Of a DNA stretch of 64,000 nt, positions 13,737 to 24,716 are shown piece after piece (position 1 is the stretch's first letter; the number at the start of each line of letters is the position of its first letter). Made by a program: the position numbers and the translations under genes. The notes under the pieces were generated by a model, which did no database searches, was not told the origin of the DNA, and worked only from the letters and a program-made list of their open reading frames with translations. The stretch is from Geosiphon pyriformis uo1 (lineage: Eukaryota > Fungi > Glomeromycota): NCBI GenBank assembly GCA_016748015.1, contig JAAOMT010000448.1, positions 1 to 64,000 of the forward strand, in the 5' to 3' direction.

Positions 13737-13932
13737 ATTTTTTGTCATGGGCAATTAGTTGAGCATTCCATTAAAACTTAAACGTTGGTTTTCTCTGATT
13801 TTAAAAAGAGATGTATTAATTGTGTAGGTTTTTATTGAAGATTACAATGTTGAAAATATTTATTTTATTCTCAAAATCTTTTTATTATAAATATGAATTA
13901 AGTATACACTAAAAATTACTGTAAATAATAAA
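13737..13932 (+). pseudogene. Decayed direct duplicate of ASCC3 3' segment (13063-13335)
   Basis: attttttgtcatgggcaattagttgagc vs attttttgtcttgggcaattagttgagc; agtatacactaaaaattactgtaaataataa vs agtatacactagaaatcactgtgaatagtgg. The intron is retained, with deletions and many C>T/G>A changes. Confidence 0.8.
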
Positions 13933-13976
13933 CAACATTTCAACAGCTTTTTTTTTTTGCTTTTGGCATTCTGAGT

Positions 13977-14135
13977 AAGAGTATCCACTGGTTACTCTTG
14001 TGATGATCTGCTGGTTGGTATGTCGCGTCAAAGTCTAAGATTTTAACAAAACAAGAGCATCCGCTGGTTACTCTTGGGAAGATATGCTGGGTGGTATGTC
14101 ACGTCAAAGTCTCTAGGATTTTAACTAAGCAAAAA
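13977..14135 (+). repeat. Two tandem ~76 bp GC-balanced units with A-rich tails
   Basis: aagagtatccactggttactcttg...gtcaaagtctaagattttaac and aagagcatccgctggttactcttg...gtcaaagtctctaggattttaac. Confidence 0.85.
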
Positions 14136-14214
14136 AAAATATATTATGGTTTTTTAAATTTAAAAAATTCTGAATTCGTTATAATAAAGATTTATTAACA
14201 GCATATTACATAAA

Positions 14215-15110
14215 ATTTTTATTTTATTTTATTTTAACGAGCGCAGCCTAACCACTACCTACTACAATACAATCATAAAAGATTCCAAAATAAGTAGCTC
14301 ATGCCTTTTCTTCATGTGACCAGCTACTCGAGCCGATCAGGGCTACACTATGCATCTACAGTACCAAAAACACTTATATGCCTGCAAAAACCATCAGAAA
14401 CCAACCGCAAACCAGCAGCTAGACCAAAAACAACGCCGCCCTTGAGCAAAACCCTCTACGAAAAAATTCTCTAGAGCTAAGTACAGCAGAACCTCGAACA
14501 TCAATTAAAACCGACCCATTATTAACAATCAAACCTCTCTTCTCGCAATCAGCCTTAAGTTTGGAGTTTGGCAACCAAATGTTCATCCTGTGGTGCATGG
14601 CCATGCCACGATATTCTAGCCAGCTATGGCAGCATCCTTAAACACCGACTCAGAAGACCAATCCTTGAAAACAAAACCTTTGGCAATGGCCATATAAACG
14701 CGATCATCAACAACGGCATCATGCAGCAACTGGAGGACAGGTGAGCTTACAAGCGAACTGCCAGTCGAGGTGATCCATCTATCGGAACATTCGTTGACGA
14801 CAGCTTTTCTCGCAGCAGAATCATATGCCCACAGGGTGTGGTCAGAGTCTTCTATCAAATTGCAACGAACGCAGTTCACACTTGGGTAACTGGGGTCATA
14901 AAGCCTCCTCGTAGCAACAGGTAATCTTCCGTGGAGAGCTTTCATAAAGTACGTACGAAGACCAGCAGTGCCACGATTCGTCGAGCCAGGCCTCAGATGC
15001 CCATCAGGATGCTACACTGAAACAGTCCTCACCAGGTCAAAATCCTTTGCCAAGGTATCGGCTTTCCCAACCAGCAAAATTCACTGAATCAAACAAGCTT
15101 CCAACGAAAC
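14215..15110 (-). mobile_element. 5'-truncated non-LTR retrotransposon (LINE) 3' end
   Basis: ORF MKALHGRLPVATRRLYDPSYPSVNCVRCNLIEDSDHTLW is a CCHC-type knuckle of a LINE ORF2 C-terminus. Followed by a 3' UTR stem-loop and an A-rich tail. Homologous to 54300-55100 and 62730-64000. Confidence 0.85.
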
Positions 15111-15346
15111 GGCGAACATTCCCAGAGACCACTCTACCATTCACCAAAAGAAACCTCTCTGACATTGATAGGATATAGTGTTGTTGCTTATTGTATCAAT
15201 TTTAAATATAATAAATTTTTTTATTTTAATGTTTTATGAAGTGATTATTTTTACATATACAAACTAATTAATTTTACAAATAATTACACTTTAATAAACC
15301 AAATGTTTTTATTTTACCAAAGTAATTTGCAAACACATTTTTTTTA

Positions 15347-16457
15347 GGGAATTGCTAAATCGACCCACTCGGAACACGTGATATTAATATATATAGATTT
15401 TAATATTTATTTATTAGTAATTCTAGTTTAATTAAAATAAAAAACAACTTTTTCTTATATAAAATTGAATATAGAATATATATTTAATTTTTTATTATGC
15501 CTTAAGTAATTTATAGTGTTTTATAATTATAAAACACTTCGTTGTGGACAGGTCCGAATATTATGGCCTTGTTTCTTACAAATTTTACATTTATGTACTT
15601 GAATTTGAGAAGAAACATTTTCAACAATTTCAAATTGGGATAAATTTCGTTGAATAGATGATTCTTGATAAGCAATATTTTGTTTAGAGTGATTTAAAGC
15701 ACCTAAAGGATGTCCTCGAGTTCGTTGATTAAAAGGATTCTCAATTGCAAGAGATGTGGTTGAAATCTGAATTAATTGAGTCTATTTTTCGAAGATGCGC
15801 CTGTTGATAAATAGTCTTTGAAATTGCATATTGTTCAAGATCTTCCTGTCGTAATGCTGTTAAAACTGCCTTTGGTGCAATGTCTACACTTAACATTTGT
15901 GAAACTAATACTTTATGTTTGAATTTAAGTCATTGAGCAGTAGGATGTCCAGCAATATTATCAGATGGCTCATGATTATGTTCAGCATTGCGAACTGTTA
16001 AATGCCAGCGTTCATCAGCTTTGAGTAATCGTTCATATACAGTAAAAGGGCAGTTTGTTAATCGAGTTGCTGTTTTTCATTTTCGATCTTCTAATATAAG
16101 TCTTTTAGAAACATTATATTTATTTTCCCGATCACATTTGAAGGTAATACAAGTACAATTAGCACCAGAGCGTCGTTTTGTAACTACATATCCTTGAGAG
16201 TATTTAAAGGTATTAAGATTTTGTATCATCATCTCACAAGAGCTATATGATGTTTCTGAAGGTGGTAACATCATATGAATATAATCTGTAATTTTATAAA
16301 AAGATGTAATTACTTGTAAAATCAAAAGAAAACTTATTAAGTTTATTTTAGAGCTCTTTGATTATAAACTCGTTAATATATTCCTATATATAGTTGTATA
16401 CGAAACTATGACGTAAATGATATCACATGTTGGGGGTGGGTCAATTTAGCAATTCCC
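15347..16457 (-). mobile_element. Degenerate TIR DNA transposon with FAR1/WRKY-GCM1-like (MULE-type) DNA-binding remnant
   Basis: TIRs gggaattgctaaatcgacccac / gtgggtcaatttagcaattccc, imperfect out to ~45 bp, flanked by TA. Internal broken frames GYVVTKRRSG..ITFKCDR and RLTNCPF..WHLTVRNAEHNHEP. Confidence 0.8.
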
Positions 16458-16876
16458 TAAAAATATTTATATTAAAAATAATAATAGTTTTATAAAAATT
16501 GTTAAAAAACAAAAATTTTAATGTATATTTAAAGAAATATGTATTTAAAAAATAATTAGTATTATTGTATAATTTTATAATAATACTTATTAATTATATT
16601 ATTATATATAAAATTACAAATTATTTATAAATTTTAAGTTTACAAAAAGTATAACTTGTCATAAATAAACAATATATGAATTGTAATTAATTTAAGATCT
16701 TTAAACTTTATGCAATAGTTAATAATTGGGCTACACTTTGTAACAGCAATAAAAAAAAAGTTTTAATGTTAACAAAAAAAATTTTTATCGTTAATATGTT
16801 AATATTAATTTTGACAATATAATTACAAAATTTAATTGATGTAATTATGAAGTATATACTTTTAAAAAACATTATA

Positions 16877-19100
16877 CAGTCAGACCTCCATAAAAGAACC
16901 CTCGATAAAAGAACAACCTCTTACAAAGAACATTTTTTTATAGAACCAATTGATTAATTAACAATTTTCCCCTTTATATAAGAACAATCTATAAAGGAAC
17001 AAGAACATAATTTTATCAAACGTTTATTCGAAATTTATCTTCATATAAGTGACAAATATCACGTGTTAGATGTTAATTGGTAATTGGGAAAAGAGTTAGA
17101 ACGTATTGAATTGATTTCATCCTAACTTTCTTTTAAATCGATTTACATTGGACTTATTCTTTTTGATCTTGTCTGTTTTCACGTATTCCAATTCAGGCTT
17201 GCTAAAACCAAATCTAATATTATCATTATAGGCACATTTTCTAACAGACTTGCTAAATTATCACAATGTCGGAACTTTTATTCAAAAAACAAAAACGAGC
17301 AGCAGTTAATGATGCTCTTTGTAAAGAAATTTGTCAATATTCCAAAAATCACTATGGCACGAAACATGATGATATTGTAGCTTACTTCAATCATAAATAT
17401 CCAGAACTTCATATTTCTCGTCCAACTGTCTCCAAGATAATCAAAGAGCATGCAAAGTGGTTGAATATTGAAATTGATGAAATCTCAGAAAGATCTATTC
17501 AACACAAAAGCATTAAATTTCCATTATTAGACCAAGCTTTAAGTTATTGGGTAGAACAAGTAACTGGAGCCACTATCGAATTCAATGATCAACTAATTAA
17601 AGAGAAAGGAAAAGAATTTGCCAAACTTCTTGGTATACACGAAAATGAAATGCAATTCTCAAATGGATGGGTTCAAAAATTCAAAAAACGAAACCAGTTA
17701 CGTGTTTACCGATTTCATGGTGAAGCAGGAAGTGTATCAACTGAAAGTTTACCAGAAGAACGAAGAAAATTAAAAACCATTATATCCGAATTTGATCCTG
17801 CTGACATATATAATGCTGATGAAACAGGATTATTTTTTCGTATGGGACCAAATCAAACACTTGCAAAATGTCGAAATGCAGGAAAAAAATTGGTATGTTA
17901 TATTTACCAATTGTTATCGTTATATATTATTGTTATATTAAATTAATTGGGTTTTTTATAGGATAAATCTTGGATTACAATTCTTCTTGCTACAAATTCA
18001 ACTGGATCTCACAAATTGCAACCTTTAGTAATTGGACATGCAAAAAATTCAAGATGCTTTAAAGGAATTAATACTTCCAACCTATCTGTGATTTACAAAT
18101 TCAATTCCAAAGCATGGATGTGCTCAGATATATGGAAAGCATGGCTCAAATATATAAATGAAGGCTTTCGAATTCAAAATCGGCATATATTACTTTTAGT
18201 TGATAATGGAACTTCTCATCATACTCAAATTGGGAAAGATTCATTCCAATTAACCAATATTACTTTGCACTATTTTCCTACATCACATCTTCAACCAATG
18301 GATGCTGGCATTATCAAATCTTTCAAAGGCAAATATAAGCACTTATATTGTCAACATATTTTACATCAATTTGAACAAAAAATTAATATTGAACAGTTAA
18401 GTAATATAATATATACAGTATTATTATTATCATTATATATTATATAATTTTATCTAATATTAATTTATTTTTTAGAAATAAATTAAACATAAAACAAGCA
18501 TTAATTATGTTGTTCAATCATGGTTTCAAGTAACAACTGTTACAATTCAAAACTGTTGGCAAAAAACGGATATTCTTTTCTATAATCAAGAATTAGAAAT
18601 CCAAGAATCCGAAACATCAATTGCTATGGATATATTCAACAATTTACCATCAAATGCACAACAATTGGTCAAAAATCTCGAAGATTATACTGTAGCAGTT
18701 GATGAATTATTGGCAACTGAAAATATTCTTGATGATAATGAAATTGTAGATATGGTTTTAGCCGATGCTCAAATTGAAACCAATACAATTAATGACTCGG
18801 AAGAAGAATTAGAAAAATCTCCACCTGCTATAATTACAATTACAGAAGCATTAAAAAAAGTAATTAGATTTGAAGAGCAATTAGCAGAAGAAAATTTTAG
18901 TATAGAAAACCAAAATTTACTTAGAAAAAAATTATATGAATACGAAAAAATGAAGGAAAATTCTAAAAAACAGGTAACAATTAATCAATATTTTAATAAT
19001 AATAATTATTATTATTATTATAAAACTCTATGATAGAACACCTCTAAAATGGAACATAATTTGCATGTCCCAACTGTGTTCTTTTATAGAGGTCTGACTG
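16877..19100 (+). mobile_element. pogo/Tigger (Tc1/mariner superfamily) transposon
   Basis: 23 bp TIRs cagtcagacctc(c/t)ataaaagaac with TA target duplication at 16875-76 and 19101-02. Encodes a CENP-B HTH plus DDE_1 transposase. Confidence 0.95.
17266..19033 (+). pseudogene. Intron-containing Tigger/CENP-B-like transposase, probably inactivated
   Basis: FSNGWVQKFKKR, YNADETGLF, LLVDNGTSH and HLQPMDAGII motifs. Introns at ~17893-17961 and ~18396-18476. Apparent short deletion in YFPTSHLQP and a frameshift near 18500. Confidence 0.8.
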
Positions 19101-19704
19101 TACAAGAAAAATCTTACATATTAAAAATAAATTTTAGTTATTTGTTGATCAATAACCGTTCCTGATCGATCTTTTATCTTATCTAAAAGAAAATCTCGGG
19201 CATCCCTATAATGATCACACATCTAATAATAATAATAAAAATTAGTGATCTGATCTATTTATAATAATTAATAACTATTTTTAAACCTACCGATTCAATT
19301 TGGTCAATTATCTCCTTCACATTCCCTTCAAATTGTGTCGGCACGATATCAATGTGCTCATAAACCTTGGCTTTTAAAGCATTCCATTCTTCGCCAAACC
19401 ATGTCAACATCCCATTCGAAAATTCTGATGAAAGGTCAATGATGGAAGATAATCCAAGCCTAAATTTGAATCAGTGCTCTATTACATTGCTAACAACTTG
19501 ACAAAAAAAAATGCCATACCGAAGGACACTTAAAATTTGTGGATTCAAATCCTTCCGACCACATCATGATTCTTGTCGTATTTTGTGCGAGAACCTCTAT
19601 GACGAGTTCCCCATTTTTAAGTTTCCAATTTGAAACATTTGGACTAGTCGACACCTCAAAAGGATTCTGGACATCTGCCCCACTCACAACATCGCTCTCA
19701 TCAT

Positions 19705-19800
19705 CATCCGATGAATCGTCTGTTGCATCTTCATGTTCATCTGATGAATCATTTGTTGCATCTTTGTGTTCATCCGATGAATCGTCTGTTGCATTTTTGT
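19705..19800. repeat. 33 bp tandem repeat x3
   Basis: catc(c/t)gatgaatc(g/a)t(c/t)tgttgcatctt(ca/tg)tgtt repeated three times. Confidence 0.9.
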
Positions 19801-20148
19801 AGTGACCAGAATCGGTTTGTTCCTTCTTAAGACCCTTTCACTTGGGGAAAGATAATTTTCCTTTTTTCTTTTGATCATGGTCTTTATAACGCTCATACTG
19901 TTTTGTTGTGCATTCATGATTCGATTCACAACTTCAACAACTTTAACTCCCACTGCATTAATCGAATCATGAACGTACAACAAGACAGGATGAGTGTCAT
20001 CAAGACCATCCTCAAAAGAAAAAAGGAAAATTATCTTTATGAGTACCTTGTGCGGCGAGAAAAACAAGGATCATTTATATAACTTCACTTGCTCTTGTTT
20101 GGTCGATATTTGACTTCACTTGCTCTTGTGATGATGATCCGTGTGAAA

Positions 20149-20323
20149 GCCTCAGATCAATCTGCAATGCGGTAACCGAAGATAATAGATCAGACACTTG
20201 TTTGATACCTTTATATGGCTTGAAATAATATACTAATTCTAAAACGGCCTGGTACAATTTAAATTTGGAAAGCAAAATGAGAAGTGAGGTAGCTTAAATA
20301 CAGGAGAAGAAAGTACAAGTCAT
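20149..20323 (-). repeat. Inverted 175 bp copy of VPS53 intron+exon segment 21379-21553
   Basis: ORFs 20075..20275(-) and 21427..21894(+) share the identical peptide LSKFKLYQAVLELVYYFKPYKGIKQVSDLLSSVTALQIDLR, with only about 5 nucleotide differences. Confidence 0.95.
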
Positions 20324-20554
20324 TATAATTCTGAACTGGTAATGATTGCCAAAAAGATTTCAGGCACTATGATAAGTAAAAGAGAATTACAAAAGTTTAA
20401 AAAGATTGATATTGCATAACTTTAGTAATGCATCATAATCTTAGTAGCTTAGTACTTTAAATAGCTTTAGAGTGCGTTGTTGCTATTTCCGATATCCAAG
20501 GTTTTTATATAAATATTCGAAACTTCAACCCTAGTTCGGCAATTGGACCCTTCA

Positions 20555-23500
20555 ATGCAGCAACCAAAAAACTCCTCGTATACAGAGGAAGATCAAGAAA
20601 AGAAAAATCATTTAGAATTCTTTAAACTCCCCTCCGATTTAGAGGCGTCTGTCTCGGCCATTCTTCAAATAAATGATCCTCTTGACAGTAGTGATTTCAA
20701 CCCTATAGAGTACATTAACCAAATTCTTCCTGATGGTAATAGCTGAAGATTAATGTATCTGAGCTTTTCATTGTAATTCATCTCCGAAACGATATTTATA
20801 ATAAAATTGAATTCCGATACTTGAATTGGGAATCAGAACAATCATTGGCATTTATTGAAATCACTTCGCAAAAGTTGCAGATTAAATTACGTCAAATTGA
20901 GAATGAAATTCATGAATTCACCAGAAAGCGAAATAATCCCGGGAATCAGGGAACTGAAGAACTAGTAGCGGTGAAAAAGGCTATTGAGGTTAAACTACTA
21001 TATATTTAAGCTATCGCAGCAATCTGTAAGGAAATACCAAGCTTTGACGAAAAATTCCCATGATTACAAACTTAGGAACTCTTTACAAGGATCAAAGAAA
21101 TAAAGCAGAAAGCCACCAAATCTGAGCTCATGGTTCAAGAAATCACACAAGATATCAAATCTCTTGATCACGCTAAGAGGCACCTTACAATCTCAATGAC
21201 TGTTTTAAAAAGACTACAAATGCTTGGTAATATGGATGGGGATTTTTCCTTGAATAAAAGAACACATTAAAAGAAGTTTCATCTTTTCTGGCTTATTCGA
21301 AATAGTTGATGCGATTAAGCAGCTAAAGGAAATGGCACAATTGAAGCAATACAAGGAAATATCTCAACTTTTACAAGTATGGCTTGTGCTTTCTTCTCTT
21401 GTATTTAAGCTACTTCACTTCTCATTTTGCTTTCCAAATTTAAATTGTACCAGGCCGTTTTAGAATTAGTATATTATTTCAAGCCATATAAAGGTATCAA
21501 ACAAGTGTCTGATCTATTGTCTTCGGTTACCGCATTGCAGATTGATCTGAGGCAAAGAATATTCCGGGATTTCGAGGCGAGGTATATTCACGTGTCGGCT
21601 GGATTTCATCGTTGCTCAAATTTTGAATTATTATATTTCAAACTTGTTAATTATAGTTTCGCTCAAGATGGTAGCTTAATTGTTCAAGAAGCACCTTTGG
21701 CTGATGCCTGTCTTGTAATTGAAATCATGGGATCTGATATTAGGTTACTTATTTTGCCTGATTTCTTTAATGTTAGTGACGTCCACTCAATAATTTTAAA
21801 GTATCTTTTTTGTGTAGAGACCAGCTTTGTAACTGGTATTGTGAAAGGCAGTTACGAGAATATAAGCGCATATATATCGGGAGTGAGCAAGTGAGTCAAA
21901 AGAAGATTACTTAAGTATGGAATAACTTTACGGATTTCCTCATCTTTTATCATGAACGAAATACGAATATTCGCATTAAAGATTGCCTCGCTAGAAAATT
22001 TGTCTAAAAGATACGCATACCTTACCCGAGCGTTAAAAGGCTATGATAAAGATCATGCTACCATTTTTCCTTCCCAATGGCGTTTAAGCGAGATTCTTTG
22101 TATTAAATTTTGTGAGCTAACGAGGTATAAATTTCAAATTTTATATGATTACTTAAATTGACACCATGATTTCTCATTCTTTTTCTTGAAAATGTTTGAT
22201 TAGAGAAGATTTCTCAAAAATTCTTTCAAAATCTAATAATGAATTGGATGCCAAAGCTCTAATGAAAAGTTTGCAGCTTACAATCGAACTTGAAAATGCA
22301 TTGGATAAACGCTTTGATAATAGGGTAGGTTAGAATTCAAACACATTTTTGAAACTTTAAAATTGCTGTTCGGCTATATAACAAATATTTGCGTAATCAA
22401 TCGGTTCGGGAATGATTAGGATCTTTCAATATTGCGAGATGGCCAAGTATCAAAGCAGTTCATTTTCAGCAAGAGTATCTCTAAATCATTTCACCCGTAT
22501 TTGAGGATCTATATTGAAGCGGAAAATAAGTAAGTTAAAGCTTGGTGCCCTAGATATTTCTATATTTACTTTTTCTTTTGAACTGAGCTCAATTTATCCT
22601 TTAGAACTATATTCGAAATGATAAACTCTTATCGAACAGAATCGATTCCTGAAGACGAATCTGTGTTGCCATCTAGCACAGATTTGTTTTACTTTTATCG
22701 AGAAACTCTTGTAAAGTTTGCCCAACTTTCTACTAGTGAGCCCTTTTTCGATCTGGCCAACATGTTTGGCAAGTGGCTCAAAATCTATGCAAGCGATGTA
22801 CTTATTGGAAGGCTGCCTAGGTAAATTTTTGTGGAATATTGAGAGAAACTTATCATTTTTTTTAGATAAAACTTTCCGTTTTCCTTAAGGGAGGAGAGGC
22901 GTCCCATGAAACTTCAAGAGCTTCGAATCATTTGTACAATTCTTAATACGGCAGATTATTGTTGTATCACCACCCGACAGGTGAGTTAATTGATTGAATG
23001 ATCCAATCATTGGCTTTGCAATAAGCTAGAGTTTATTTTTGTATCGGATTTTATAAGCTTGAAGATAAGTTGAAAGAGACCATCGACGAGGACTACAAAA
23101 ATAAAATCAGTTTGGAGATTGAGCGTGAAACTTTTTTAAAGTATTTTTCCCTTTATTACCCTCTCAGCTCTACACTTGAAATTTCTTTTAAATTGACAAT
23201 ATACCCTTTATTATAGTGTGGCAACCACTTCTATAAAAAGTCTAGTACGAGGAATTGAGACATGCTATGAAGATTCCCTTATATTAATGAGCAAAAAATC
23301 ATGGGGGGACCTTGAATCAGTGGGTGACCAGTCTGAATATGTCTCCTTATTTCAATCAACCTTACGAACATGCGTAGTCAATGTACATAAAGACATAACC
23401 AGCAATACATACTTCAGGGCCTTTTGTGATAAATTTGTCGAGTAAGTTAAAATTTCACCTCTTAAAAGCATAATACTCAATAAAGAATCTAATCTTAATG

Positions 23501-24325
23501 TTCTGGTTGCTTTACAGTTCCTTTGTTTCGCGATTTATCAGTAATCTGACAAAATGCAAACCCATATCAGAAGTAGGGGCAGAACAGGTATGTGGTTATT
23601 TGTCTTCATTTCAATATAGCAATGAATTACTTACCTGAATTCTAGTCAAATACCTGATATTACAATTCAGCTTTTGCTTGATGTTCATTCTCTCAAAACT
23701 AGTTTATTGGAAATGCCCACACTAGGCATGGAAAATCCCGCTCCCACACCAAATACGTATGTATTATTGGATTAATTGAAATTCTTTGCTGAACACTTAT
23801 TTCCTCTGCATTATTATAGATTTGTTAAGATTATAAACAGAGGTATCAGCAAAATAGAAACCATTCTGAAATTGATTCTTACGCCACATGAACCTCCTGA
23901 TGGTTTAGTTGAAAATTACTTACTTCTTGTCGCGGACAGAAATCCGAACAACATACAAAAGATTATGGATCTGAAGGTATATATGTGCTTTTTCACTAAC
24001 CATTAAGAAAGTGTAAATAACTTTAAAATATTTTGAATAGGGATTGAAAAAATTTGAACAGCAGCCAATTATTGATATCTTTCAACAGCGAATTCAGGAA
24101 AATCCAACTCTTCAAGAAAACTCAAACATACTGTCTTTACTTACTTGGACATCCACAATAATACCACAATCGTTTCCTATTATTCTCAATAATGCATCTT
24201 TACTAGCTAGCGATAGGATATCGATCGGTGATCGAAGTGGAGCCGCAGCCACCAGATTTAATGAAGGTGTACGAAAGGTGTTAGCTGGCAGATCATGGCT
24301 TCGAAAAGATGGAAACGATGAATAG
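20555..24325 (+). CDS. VPS53: GARP/EARP complex subunit Vps53
   Basis: Motifs DPLDSSDFNPIEYINQILP, SELMVQEITQDIKSLDHAKRHLTISMTVLKRLQML, VLPSSTDLFYFYR, ILNTADYC, VGDQSEYV and CKPISEVGAEQLLLD; about 17 GT-AG introns. Confidence 0.95.
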
Positions 24326-24716
24326 AAAATAATGGATTAATGGATTATAATTTTCAAAAGAAAGAGAAAATTGTATCTGTCGGGTCTGTCGGGTCAATTT
24401 CTCATATCCGAAATTTGAAATGGAAAACTTGGATCGCCAGAGATTGAATGATTATCAAGTTATTATATATTATTGCATCACCGAGAAAAGCAATTTTATC
24501 CTAGACCTTCAAAAACTTGTCCTATATAGCTAGTGTCTGCAGCTCGACACGTTGTGTTCCCTATATAGGAAAATGACGTATTTAAAAATCCATGTCCTCT
24601 AGATAAAATAATACCCAACATCTAATTTCTCACCGTGATCAAAACAAACTTTCAAAATTATATTCAAGTTGGCAATTTTCTCACTCTTTGACAACTCGCT
24701 GGTGTACTTACTAAAT

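Larger units (their letters stand above)
19110..20500 (-). pseudogene. Disrupted gene of an uncharacterised lineage-expanded family
   Basis: Spliced fragments (EDGLDDTHPVLLYVHDS..., NWKLKNGELVIEVL, RLGLSSIIDLSSEFSNGMLTWFGEEW, CDHYRDARDFLLDK) with frameshifts. Interrupted by a 33 bp tandem repeat and a VPS53-derived insert; abuts the Tigger element. Confidence 0.55.

Noticed and set aside
14300-14345. Hammerhead ribozyme at the LINE 3' end (CTGATCG...GAAA on the minus strand)
   Set aside because: The core is not CUGANGA and stems I/III with a cleavage triplet cannot be formed convincingly.
19705-19800. CRISPR-like array (33 bp repeats)
   Set aside because: Units are head-to-tail without unique spacers, and the context is eukaryotic coding sequence.
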